DNA from: Bdellovibrionales bacterium
Lineage (GTDB): Bacteria > Bdellovibrionota > UBA1018 > CAIMNF01
Assembly (NCBI GenBank): GCA_040380025.1
Contig: JBEIJY010000035.1
Coordinates: 1-24,273, forward strand
Direction: 5' to 3'
Length of the DNA: 24,273 nucleotides
In this document: piece by piece, positions 1 to 8,300 of the stretch
How positions within the stretch are numbered: position 1 is the first letter of the stretch
Layout of the letters: every line of letters begins with the position of its first letter
Notes under the pieces: generated by a model
Told to the model about the DNA's origin: nothing
Database searches by the model: none
The model's input: the letters and a program-made list of their open reading frames with translations, nothing else
Program-made: the position numbers and the translations under genes

Positions 1-37
1 CGGCTCGGAGGCAAAAACATTTTTGTTTCCCAGCCCC
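1..37. repeat. Probable right-hand fragment of a dispersed repeat related to the element at 24171-24273
   Basis: 1-18 CGGCTCGGAGGCAAAAAC matches 24239-24256 CGGCATGGAGGTAAAAAC at 15/18 positions. It is followed by TTTCCCAGCCCC, loosely like an element end. Truncated by the window edge. Confidence 0.4.
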
Positions 38-118
38 TTTTCTGAAACAGAGCGCTGCACAGGCACACCCGAAGGGGCAATTTGGGCCACACACCCGAGC
101 GACGCACCGGCGATTTTC

Positions 119-147
119 TTGAACCCCGCGTCAAACAAGTGTAGAAC
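119..147 (+). promoter_or_regulatory. Putative sigma70 promoter of panD (possibly leaderless transcript)
   Basis: TTGAAC (119-124), 17 bp spacer, TAGAAC (142-147), then 7 nt to ATG 155. No Shine-Dalgarno in between. Confidence 0.4.
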
Positions 148-154
148 CGCATCC

Positions 155-520
155 ATGATTTACACGTTTTTAAAGGCCAAGCTCCACCGCGCCACGGTCA
201 CCGAAGCCGATCTCAATTATGAAGGATCGGTCACCATCGATCGCGACCTTCTCGATGCGGCCGGGATTTTTCTAAACGAGCGGGTCGAAGTGTACGACAT
301 CACGAACGGCAACCGCTTTTCGACCTACGCGATCGAGGGAGAACGGGGTTCGGGCGTGATCTGCATCAACGGAGCCGCGGCCCATCTTTGCCGGCCGGGC
401 GATCTGGTCATCATCTGCGCGTATCTGGGATTGAATGCCGACGAGGCCGCCCACCATGTTCCGAAGGTCATTCTTCTCGACGAGAAGAACCGGATCAAAA
501 CAAAAAACCAGAAAAGTTGA
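155..520 (+). CDS. panD: Aspartate 1-decarboxylase (pyruvoyl-dependent)
   Basis: From ATG155: [29 protein letters not shown], with K9, H11, the G24-S25 autocleavage site, NGNRFSTY (Y58) and INGAAAHL. The start is reassigned from the track's 23 because residue numbering then matches PanD. Confidence 0.97.
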   Translation: MIYTFLKAKLHRATVTEADLNYEGSVTIDRDLLDAAGIFLNERVEVYDITNGNRFSTYAIEGERGSGVICINGAAAHLCRPGDLVIICAYLGLNADEAAHHVPKVILLDEKNRIKTKNQKS

Positions 521-590
521 TTTTATAAATTATTTTTGTTGATTAAACCGGAATCAATGATAGTTTCCAAACCCGTACAGGAGGGTTTGC

Positions 591-1658
591 ATGAAGCTTC
601 GTTTGGTTTTTCCGGTGTTCCTGTTTTCATCCCTGGTCGCGATTCCCGCGTTCTCCCAGTCTCTCGACATGGAGCAGATCTGCGGGAATGCCGATGCCAC
701 CGAGGGGGCCCCGACGGCCGCATCCGAGGAACATCCCTCGCTGAAGCTCCAGACGATTGTCGACGAGGAGCTGCTCTTCGTGGATCACGGCTTTTGCAAG
801 GAGTACCGGGAGACGCTCGACTCCGGCTCCGGCCCCGGGCCCGCGCAAAATGGCTGGAGAATCCGCTTCTACATGAGCCACTCCTTCACCCGGTATTTCA
901 ATTCGGATGTGAGCTTCCGGTCGTCGCGCTACAATGTCGAGATCCGCGATTACGAATGGGCGGAACGAGGTTCGCGGAATTTCTTCAATCCCGCGAACTG
1001 GTTCCGGAACGGCATGAATCCGGCCCAGATGATCGACGAACCCACCAACACCTTCACGGTCAGCATCGAACGGAACGGGCACGAGTTCTTTCTTTCGGCA
1101 TTCCATCCGAAGTTTCTGCAAAATCCCGGGCAAGTGAAACCCATGGTCGGAGTCATCGACGGGGTTCCGGTCGATGCGGTCCAGCCGGTGAATGCGCCTC
1201 CCCGGGACGGTCAGCCCCTTCCCGGCGAGAGTCACCTCGTTAGGAACGAGTTCACGCACGCGCAGATGGCCTACGAAGTCGGCTACGGACACCGTTTCAC
1301 CGTGCTGAAATCCCGCATCGGGAACATCGTGTACATTCCGCAGGTCGGAGTCGGACTCATGTTCGGGCGGAATCGCTCGGTCATGACCAAGCCCGGAAAC
1401 TGGTACGATTTCGAGGACAGTCGGCGGGGAATCGGACTGTACGGATATGGCGCGAGCGTCCTGAATCGCGTGGAGTTCAACCTGAAGAATGATCGCTTCG
1501 GGGTGTTCTACGAGAACCGCGTGGGCGGCTACACCATGGAAGCGCCGTTTTATGATGGCACCCAGAAGTTCCGGCTGGGCTTTGTCGGCAACAGCGTCGG
1601 CATGAAGTTCCTGCTGTTCCATGCCAAGCCGAAAAAACCGCCGGTCCCGCGGTTTTGA
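591..1658 (+). CDS. Secreted hypothetical protein, likely outer-membrane beta-barrel
   Basis: Sec signal MKLRLVFPVFLFSSLVAIPAFSQ with GGAGGG RBS upstream. Many alternating Gly/aromatic beta-strand segments (AYEVGYGHRF, YIPQVGVGLMFG, GLYGYGASV, FGVFYENRVG). Ends in Phe. Confidence 0.7.
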   Translation: MKLRLVFPVFLFSSLVAIPAFSQSLDMEQICGNADATEGAPTAASEEHPSLKLQTIVDEELLFVDHGFCKEYRETLDSGSGPGPAQNGWRIRFYMSHSFTRYFNSDVSFRSSRYNVEIRDYEWAERGSRNFFNPANWFRNGMNPAQMIDEPTNTFTVSIERNGHEFFLSAFHPKFLQNPGQVKPMVGVIDGVPVDAVQPVNAPPRDGQPLPGESHLVRNEFTHAQMAYEVGYGHRFTVLKSRIGNIVYIPQVGVGLMFGRNRSVMTKPGNWYDFEDSRRGIGLYGYGASVLNRVEFNLKNDRFGVFYENRVGGYTMEAPFYDGTQKFRLGFVGNSVGMKFLLFHAKPKKPPVPRF

Positions 1659-1675
1659 ACGATGTTCGGGGGCAT

Positions 1676-2047
1676 TCACCCCAAAGATTGCCGGAAGAGC
1701 CGGAAGGCCGCGAAAACCAGCAATAACGCAAACAATCGCTGAAGCCACGCCAGCGGCAAGTTGACCGCGATCCGCGCGCCCAGCCACGCGCCAAGAAACA
1801 TTCCGAGCGCGATCCACCCTCCGAAGCGAAGATGCTCGGGGCCGATCTTGCCCGCGGAATAATACTGCCAGACGCCGAGTGCCCCGACCGGCAGAAGCAT
1901 GGCCGCAAGGGATGTTCCGCTTGCTGCGGTCGGCGCGAAGTTCATCAAGAACACAAGCCCCGGGACCAGCACGATCCCTCCGCCGATTCCGAACAACCCC
2001 GAACAAATGCCGGCGAATGCGCCGAGAAGTATGAATCCGATCGTCAT
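1676..2047 (-). CDS. Sulfite exporter TauE/SafE (TSUP) family, half-size (about 123 aa)
   Basis: GAFAGICSGLFGIGGGIVLVP, ASGTSLAAMLLP and GAWLGARIA motifs across about 4 TM helices. ATG at 2047 is preceded by AAGGAGA. Confidence 0.9.
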   Translation of the reverse strand: MTIGFILLGAFAGICSGLFGIGGGIVLVPGLVFLMNFAPTAASGTSLAAMLLPVGALGVWQYYSAGKIGPEHLRFGGWIALGMFLGAWLGARIAVNLPLAWLQRLFALLLVFAAFRLFRQSLG

Positions 2048-2116
2048 GGCCCGAATCTCCTTTGAACGATCCAAGGATGCGGGATCGGGTACGGGGGTGA
2101 CAAGCGGAATTGTATT

Positions 2117-2146
2117 CATTCGCGATAACTTTTCTTATCGTGAATG
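2117..2146. other. dif-like palindrome, candidate tyrosine-recombinase site (alternatively an operator)
   Basis: C-ATTCGCGATAA-CTTTTC-TTATCGTGAAT-G: 11(12)-bp inverted arms with 1 mismatch around a 6-bp asymmetric spacer, with inner ATAA/TTAT as in dif sites. Intergenic, about 160 bp downstream of the recombinase stop. Confidence 0.6.
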
Positions 2147-2307
2147 TAAAAACGCCCTTGCTTCGAGTGCGGGGAAAATCGAGAAAAGCGTGAAAAACCA
2201 AGGATCAGGCCGCAAAAAGTGGACTTTACTCATGCTTTTGCTAACTGCACCCTTTGATTGTGCTTGATGATGGAGCGAGATCGGCCGGGGAAAGGGGCCG
2301 GGAAGGA

Positions 2308-3513
2308 TCAGGATTCGTCGGCAGTTCCGGGAATGCGAGGAGGGAGCGGGCGCTCGGCGCTTCCGTAATCGATCGAATGAACGGCGGACTTCTCGAGCGA
2401 GGTCTTGCGCTTATCGTACCGGGTGATCATCGTCGTAGTCGACCAGCCCGCGAATTCCTGGATCGCGCGATCCGGCACATTGTGATCCCGCGCATTCGAG
2501 ATCGCGGTCGCGCGGCAGGAGTGGGGCGATACCGCATGCGCGATTCCGGCCATGCGCGCGTATTTTCGCACCACATAGAACACGAGCGAAGAGTCGATCG
2601 ACTTATTCACCTTGCTGGTGCGATTGTTCCGCACCGGAGTGAAGAGCGGCTGGTCTGCATTCAGGTCCTTCCGCACCATGCGCGCATAGTGGCGGATCGC
2701 ATTCCAGACCGGCTCGAGAATCACCACGATCCGCTCGGAGTTTCCTTTGCCGCGGAGACGGAAGAACCGGTACCCGCGTTCGGTCTGGATCGAGGCCGTG
2801 CGGAGATCACAGAGCTCCGAGCGGCGGAGCCCGCAGTAAAAAAGGACCATGAGCACGGCGTAATGAAGCGAGCCCGAGCGAGTGTGCAGGTCGGGGAGCT
2901 TCAACACGCGGTTCACCTCTTCGTCGGTGAACCCCCGGGTTCGCGATTCCCGTCTTGGATTCAGAAACCGCACATTCTCGGCCGGATTCTTGGCGAGGAT
3001 GCCATCCTCGACCAGCCATCTGAAAAAACTGCGGAGCGAGGCAAGATGCCGGTCGATGGTCGTGTGCTCGAGCGCCTCGCTCAGGAGCTGATCCTTGTAG
3101 CCGATCACGAGCCCGCGGTCGAGGTTGGCCGAACCGGTCCGTTCGCGGCGCATGAGCCAATAGCCCATGAAGCGCTTCAGGTCTTTCGAATAGGCGCGCC
3201 TGGTGTGCTCAGATCGCTGATCCAATAAAAACGCCTCGATGCTTTTTCGGAGGGTTTCTCCGGGACGGGCGAGATCGAGCGCCCGGATTTCATCCTGTCC
3301 GGGAACTTGGGCCGGGACCTCAAGCGGGGCTGGCCTCGCTATGGGGTTCAATACTGCTTTTTTTGAAGATTTTTGCGCAGTTTCAGGCCGGATGGCGCCG
3401 GCAAACGTTCTTTGGAACTTTCGTGCCTTCCGACGCACGGGCCGCGCGCGTACGCGGGCATTGCGGGGAGTGCGACCAAGACGCTTAAGAAGAAGCGCGC
3501 CGAGTTTTGCCAT
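2308..3513 (-). CDS. Tyrosine recombinase (XerC/XerD-like fold, Cre-type Trp); true start uncertain (ATG 3513 or TTG 3351)
   Basis: Core-binding domain RSEHTRRAYSKDLKRF ... TIDRHLASLRSFFRWL...NPA. Catalytic motifs GLRRSE (R), RGKG (K), HSCR (HxxR), FAGW (H/W) and TRYD (Y). Confidence 0.93.
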   Translation of the reverse strand: MAKLGALLLKRLGRTPRNARVRARPVRRKARKFQRTFAGAIRPETAQKSSKKAVLNPIARPAPLEVPAQVPGQDEIRALDLARPGETLRKSIEAFLLDQRSEHTRRAYSKDLKRFMGYWLMRRERTGSANLDRGLVIGYKDQLLSEALEHTTIDRHLASLRSFFRWLVEDGILAKNPAENVRFLNPRRESRTRGFTDEEVNRVLKLPDLHTRSGSLHYAVLMVLFYCGLRRSELCDLRTASIQTERGYRFFRLRGKGNSERIVVILEPVWNAIRHYARMVRKDLNADQPLFTPVRNNRTSKVNKSIDSSLVFYVVRKYARMAGIAHAVSPHSCRATAISNARDHNVPDRAIQEFAGWSTTTMITRYDKRKTSLEKSAVHSIDYGSAERPLPPRIPGTADES

Positions 3514-4318
3514 TCTTCTTCTTGCTCGATTTTACCGCTTTCATGAAAGCACGCATCCGGGCGGGATCCAGCGGAGCCCCGGCCCTGCCGGCGCGCCGGA
3601 GCGTCGAGCCGACAATGAGACCGATCGCAGGAGCCGGAAGATTCGTCGCCTGAAGACCGCTTCCGATGAAGAGAGGAACTCCGCACTCTTTTGCCGCGCG
3701 GGCGGCAATCGAAAGGTCAGCCCCGGAGGGGGCTCTTCCGGTGGTGCTCCCGGTGACGATCACGCCATCAGCGCCTCCGCGGCCTGCGGTTTCTTCGATC
3801 GCAAGGGCGAGATCGTCCGAAGAAAGGGACTTTGCGTGCTTCACATGGACATCGGCAAGAATCGCCACATGCCCCGCATGGAGGCGCTCGCGCTCGCGGA
3901 TCAGCATCGCCGCCGAACCTTCGATGATTCCCTGATCGGTCGCCATGACCCCCGAGAGCACATTCACCCGGATGAAGTCGGCTCCCGTGATCGCGGCCAC
4001 CGCAAGGGCGCTTCGCGCGTCGTTCCGGAGGATGTTGATCCCGATCGGAAGGCGGGTCGCCTCGCGGACCGCGGCCGAAATCACAGACATCGCCACCACC
4101 GTCTCGGGCGGGACCTCGGAGCGGTAAAAGGGCGCATCCCCGAAGTTCTCGATAATGATGCCTTCAAAGCCTGCTTTTTCGAGCGCGCGCGCCTCGGTCA
4201 CAGCAAGGAGTCCCGCCCGTTCGAGCGCGGACGCCGGATCGAACCTCGATGCGCCGGGAGAGCCGGGCAGGGGAGGCAGATGGATCACACCGATGCAACG
4301 GGGGAGCTTTCGCTTCAT
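3485..4318 (-). CDS. btpA: BtpA/SgcQ family TIM-barrel protein
   Basis: IGVIHLPPLPGSP, IENFGDAPF, GINILRND, FIRVN, ADVHVKH, ADGVIVTGSTTG and GSG motifs. ATGA overlap with the upstream cyclophilin gene. Confidence 0.93.
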   Translation of the reverse strand: MKRKLPRCIGVIHLPPLPGSPGASRFDPASALERAGLLAVTEARALEKAGFEGIIIENFGDAPFYRSEVPPETVVAMSVISAAVREATRLPIGINILRNDARSALAVAAITGADFIRVNVLSGVMATDQGIIEGSAAMLIRERERLHAGHVAILADVHVKHAKSLSSDDLALAIEETAGRGGADGVIVTGSTTGRAPSGADLSIAARAAKECGVPLFIGSGLQATNLPAPAIGLIVGSTLRRAGRAGAPLDPARMRAFMKAVKSSKKKNGKTRRASS

Positions 4319-4824
4319 GAAATGACAATGCTCTCGATTTTGATCGGGGTTTTCGGACGGTCCATCGCATCGCGAGCAACGCCCGAGATCGCAAGAACCA
4401 CATCCATGCCCGCGGTGACTTCTCCGAAGATCGTGTGTCGTCCGTTCAGCCAGGGGGTGGCCTTCACGGTAATGAAAAACTGCGATCCGTTCGTGTTCGG
4501 GCCCGCATTCGCCATGGCGAGGATGCCGGGGCGATCGAAGCGGTCAGAAGGACCGGTCTCGTCGGCAAACCGGTAGCCGGGTCCGCCCGTTCCGGTGCCA
4601 AGCGGGTCTCCGCCCTGGATCATGAATTCGGGGATCACGCGATGAAACACCGTGCCCGAATAAAGAGATCTTCCGGTGATTTTTTCGCGGGATTTCGGAT
4701 CCATCCATTCCTTGGCGCCGGTAGCGAGGCCCACGAAGTTCTCGACGGTTTGCGGGGCGGTTTCGGGGAACAGACGAACCGTGAAGGTTCCCATGGAAGT
4801 GGTGAAGACTGCATTGGTGCTCAT
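4315..4824 (-). CDS. Cyclophilin-type peptidyl-prolyl cis-trans isomerase
   Basis: APQTVENF, FHRVIPEFMIQGGDP, LAMANAGPNTNGSQFFIT, WLNGRHTIFG. AAGGAAAGGA RBS upstream. Confidence 0.97.
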   Translation of the reverse strand: MSTNAVFTTSMGTFTVRLFPETAPQTVENFVGLATGAKEWMDPKSREKITGRSLYSGTVFHRVIPEFMIQGGDPLGTGTGGPGYRFADETGPSDRFDRPGILAMANAGPNTNGSQFFITVKATPWLNGRHTIFGEVTAGMDVVLAISGVARDAMDRPKTPIKIESIVIS

Positions 4825-4869
4825 AAAATTCCTTTCCTTGGGAACTTAATGCAGAACCGCATCGCTCAC

Positions 4870-4911
4870 AAATAAAAACCCCCGCTCTCGGAAGAACCCG
4901 GGAACGGGGGT
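4870..4911 (-). terminator. Rho-independent terminator after the small secreted protein gene
   Basis: Minus strand ACCCCCGTTCCCGG-GTTCTT-CCGAGAGCGGGGGT followed by TTTTATTT: a 14-bp stem with one mismatch and one G-U pair, plus a U-tract. Confidence 0.8.
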
Positions 4912-4939
4912 GGAAACCTCAGTGCGTTGGTTTCAAAAA

Positions 4940-5170
4940 TTATTGGTTTTGATTCGCAGACTCGTCCGAAACGCAGGGCTCATAGCGCTTGGTTTCGGGG
5001 TTATAGCAAGCATCTTCGAACTGTTGGTTTGCGAGATCGTAGAAACAAGGCCCGAGCCGTTTCGTGACGGGATCCAGACAGGCATACACCTGAGCACCGC
5101 CTTGGGTGCCGGCATGAACAGCGGACGAAACAGAAACAAACGCGAACAAAGCAAGAACTACGGATTTCAT
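4940..5170 (-). CDS. Small secreted cysteine-containing repeat protein (76 aa)
   Basis: GGAGGAG RBS and signal peptide MKSVVLALFAFVSVSSAVHA. Repeats ACLDPVTKRLGPC and ACYNPETKRYEPC. Has its own terminator. Confidence 0.8.
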   Translation of the reverse strand: MKSVVLALFAFVSVSSAVHAGTQGGAQVYACLDPVTKRLGPCFYDLANQQFEDACYNPETKRYEPCVSDESANQNQ

Positions 5171-5289
5171 AACCACTCCTCCGAGAAAAACAATCTCGAC
5201 GCAGGATGCTATAAGAAATATCGCTGCGAGTCAATCGTTTTTTTTAATCACTGCTTCTTTTTTCCGACTCATCCTTGAGAGAATCATTG

Positions 5290-5318
5290 TTGAGCACTTT
5301 CGGCGGGCATGCTAGGCT
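5290..5318 (+). promoter_or_regulatory. Putative sigma70 promoter of the 1091-aa gene
   Basis: TTGAGC (5290-5295), 17 bp spacer, TAGGCT (5313-5318) with an extended TG motif. ATG 9 nt later, no SD. Confidence 0.4.
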
Positions 5319-5327
5319 CCGCCCGCA

Positions 5328-8300
5328 ATGGCAGTTTCAGTCCGAATGATCTCAATCCTTTGCCTCTTGGCTGGCCTCGGAGCGCAAGACTCGCAGGCGC
5401 AATCGAATCCGGATTGCTCCGATCTTTTGCACGGAAACAGGGATCCATCCCTTCCCGCAAGCGGCTCCTTGCCGCTTGCTGCGCAGTCCCTGGACGAGCT
5501 CCTCGGGCTGTTTTCCCGCGGCCTCATTCCCGACCTGAGCCAACCGAATCAGAGAATCGCCTTCGACCTCTACCTGAAAATCCGCTTTGGTAACCCCAAT
5601 GCCTTCCTCGGAGCCGACCCCTTGGGTCGGGTGGCCGAGGAACTCGCCCGTCATCCGGATCTCCACAAGGAGCCCTTCCGGAATTTCATCGTAGAGCAGA
5701 AGGCGTTCCGGTACGGGGTGACGGACCGCTTGGCGAAGTTCACCCTCTCTCATCTGAATAGCTCGGGACAAGTCCGCTCGAACCTTTTTCGGGTCGGGGA
5801 GAATCTCGGCTATTGGAAGCAGGTCTTCTCGTATCCGGGATCCGAGTCTGAAAAATATGGCATCAGAATGGAGGAGTTCCTGGAATCGAGGATTCCCTCC
5901 TCGCTGAGATCGGCGCTCAGAAATGCGGCCACTCCGGCAAAAGAGAGGGCGAAAACGCTGTTCTCCCATCTTCGGGAACAACGCCGGCAAATGCAAAAAA
6001 ATGGCGAGTCCGTCCAGCGAATCTCGCAAACGATGGTCGACCTGATCCACACGATCGGCTACCACGACCAATCCGTCATCGATGCGCTGAAAAGCGCCGA
6101 CGCACAAACACGGATCGGGGCCTTCCGTCAGGTCCTCGTCCTGCGGGACGAGTTCGCGATGGAGCTCGGATTCCGCGACCACTTTGCGGGAGCTTTGAAC
6201 CAGCTCGGGGTGGCGATGCCCACCGGTGTCGAGTCCGAGGCGAATCTGCCGGAAACCATCCAGTCGCTCTATGACGAGGCCGCAGCCCAAAAGAATCGGA
6301 CTGAATCCACCTTGCGATTCGAAGTCCGGCATCTCTCCCTGATCGAGTCACTGTTCCGCTCGTGCGTGGGAGGCTCGGATTGCTCGACCCGCACGTATCT
6401 GACCCGCGCACTCGATCCGAACTACCATTATTTCACCATGACCGACGAGCAGGGGCGCTCGACGGGCCAGGCGACGGTGGTTCTCGGAAGCGCCCGGGCA
6501 GGGGAGACGCCGCTTCAGACGGCCTTCCTCGACAAAGTCCAGAATGTCGATCCGGCGGTCCTGCCAGTGTTTTTGGAGGCGATCCGGCAGTCGCTCCTCG
6601 AAAAGAATCTTCGATTGGCGATTCCCATGGATCCGGGAAACCACAACGGGATCTCGAACGATGCGAGCACCCGGAATTTCATCGCAAACCGGATTCCCGT
6701 GGCCATGGAGCCGGTTCTTCTGCGCTTCAAACCCCGGCCCCACCGCTATCGCTTCGAGAACACCTATTCCCGCGCCGATCAGGCGCTTCCGATGCGCATG
6801 GTGCTTTCCGCCCCCGTTCCAGAAACCACGCGCATCCTTCCCGGCGAGATCATCACGGACTGGAAAACCCCCGAAATTCCAATCCAGAGTGCGATCGCCT
6901 CGCTGGTCGCCCTGAAGCGGGGAGGGCCGGAGGAGCAATTTCGGTATCTCTCTTCGATCCGAGCCCTCCGCAAAGCGGGACAAGTCGGTGATCCGCTCTT
7001 TGAACCCACCCTTCGCGAGTGGATCCGGAATCCGGCACTGCCTTTCCTGATCCGGAAAGAGGCCTTGCTCATCGATTGCGAAGACCATGTGCGGTCTCTT
7101 CCGGAGGCGCTCATCGCGTTTTCTCAGAAAGAACAAGTCGATCTGATCCAGAACATTCTCGATACCCCCCGGCGTCGCCACCTCATCACCGAACGGATGC
7201 CCGTGACTCCTGATCTGATCGTGCGCGTTCGATTCGTGCCGAAGGTCAGGACCATGCTGACCGAGCTGTATCCGGAGTCGATCCGGGAGTTGATCACCCG
7301 GATCGCGGAGACCGGGGATTTGAATGCGGAGCAGGTGAAGAGCTCGATCCGGTACCTCGAAAAATGCCTGAATCACGGGGATTTTTCGAGTTATGCCGGG
7401 GTTCTCCGGAATGCCGCGAACAGTGGCATCCGGGAATGGATCGAGGATCGTCTCGGGGGTCTGTTTTTGAATGACGTGCTCTCGAACGATGCTCTGGCCC
7501 GCCGCTTGAATGCTCTTCGGGAAGAAGAGGAACCGGGGATCCGCGGATTCCGGGACGCCGTGTTCGCGCGGGTCTTTTCGGAGGAACGGTTCCAGGGCTT
7601 TCCCGTTCGCGAAACCCATCAGGAAATCCTGACCCTGGCCCGGCGATCGGGCGCAGGACTGGAAGAGGCCGCATGGGAATGGCTTCGGGATCCGGCCATC
7701 GAAACCACGCGAAAAAGCGCGTTTGTTCTTTCGCAAATCGGCGCGGATCTTCCGCGATTCGATCGGGCGAGGCGCGCGGTTCCGCCGGACTTGCAAGAGG
7801 AACTCGGACGGGCGATCGAGGATCAAAGCGCGATCGGGGTTTTTCGGGCATTCGCCGAGCAAAAAAACTTGTCTCCGTTTTTGTTCCGGGAAGGCGTGGA
7901 AGAAAGCTTCCGGTTCGTCTCGGATGGATTTCCGAACGGAACCCCCGGAGGAGCGATCTTGTTCCGGATGGGCGAGGGGGACTCTGCCCGGATGGTGAAT
8001 CTTTCGGCGCCCTTTGAAATGCAGGCGACCCCGGTGACCCAGCTCCAGTGGATGATCGTAATGGGACGGAACCCGTCGATCACGGGAGTGAACGCGAAAT
8101 CCGTGAACATCGACGGCCGGCAAGTGAGCCTGGACCCGGACCATCCGGTGCTCAGGGTCAGTTGGTTCGATGCCATGGAGTTTGTTTCGCGTCTGAATTC
8201 TGCGCAGGAACAGTATGTGTACCGGCTTCCGACCTCGGCCGAGTGGGAGTTCGGAGCCCGCGCCGGTTCTCGTTCCCGCTTCTTTTTCGGCGACAACCCG

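Noticed and set aside
23..154. N-terminal extensions given by the ORF track for panD (also tauE, lysR, metH and the ORF from 13461)
   Set aside because: Family motifs and RBS or promoter positions indicate downstream starts at 155, 2047, 15299, 20059 and 13758.
5185..5245. Imperfect inverted repeat between the mini-protein and the large gene
   Set aside because: Pairing is short and interrupted (GACGCAG/CTGCGAGTC plus A/T tracts) and cannot be distinguished from promoter sequence.
1215..6926. KOPS-like GGGNAGGG octamers around the dif-like site
   Set aside because: The few copies noticed (near 1215, 4265, 5449 and 6919) point in mixed directions, so they give no support for terminus polarity. 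The motif may also differ in this lineage.
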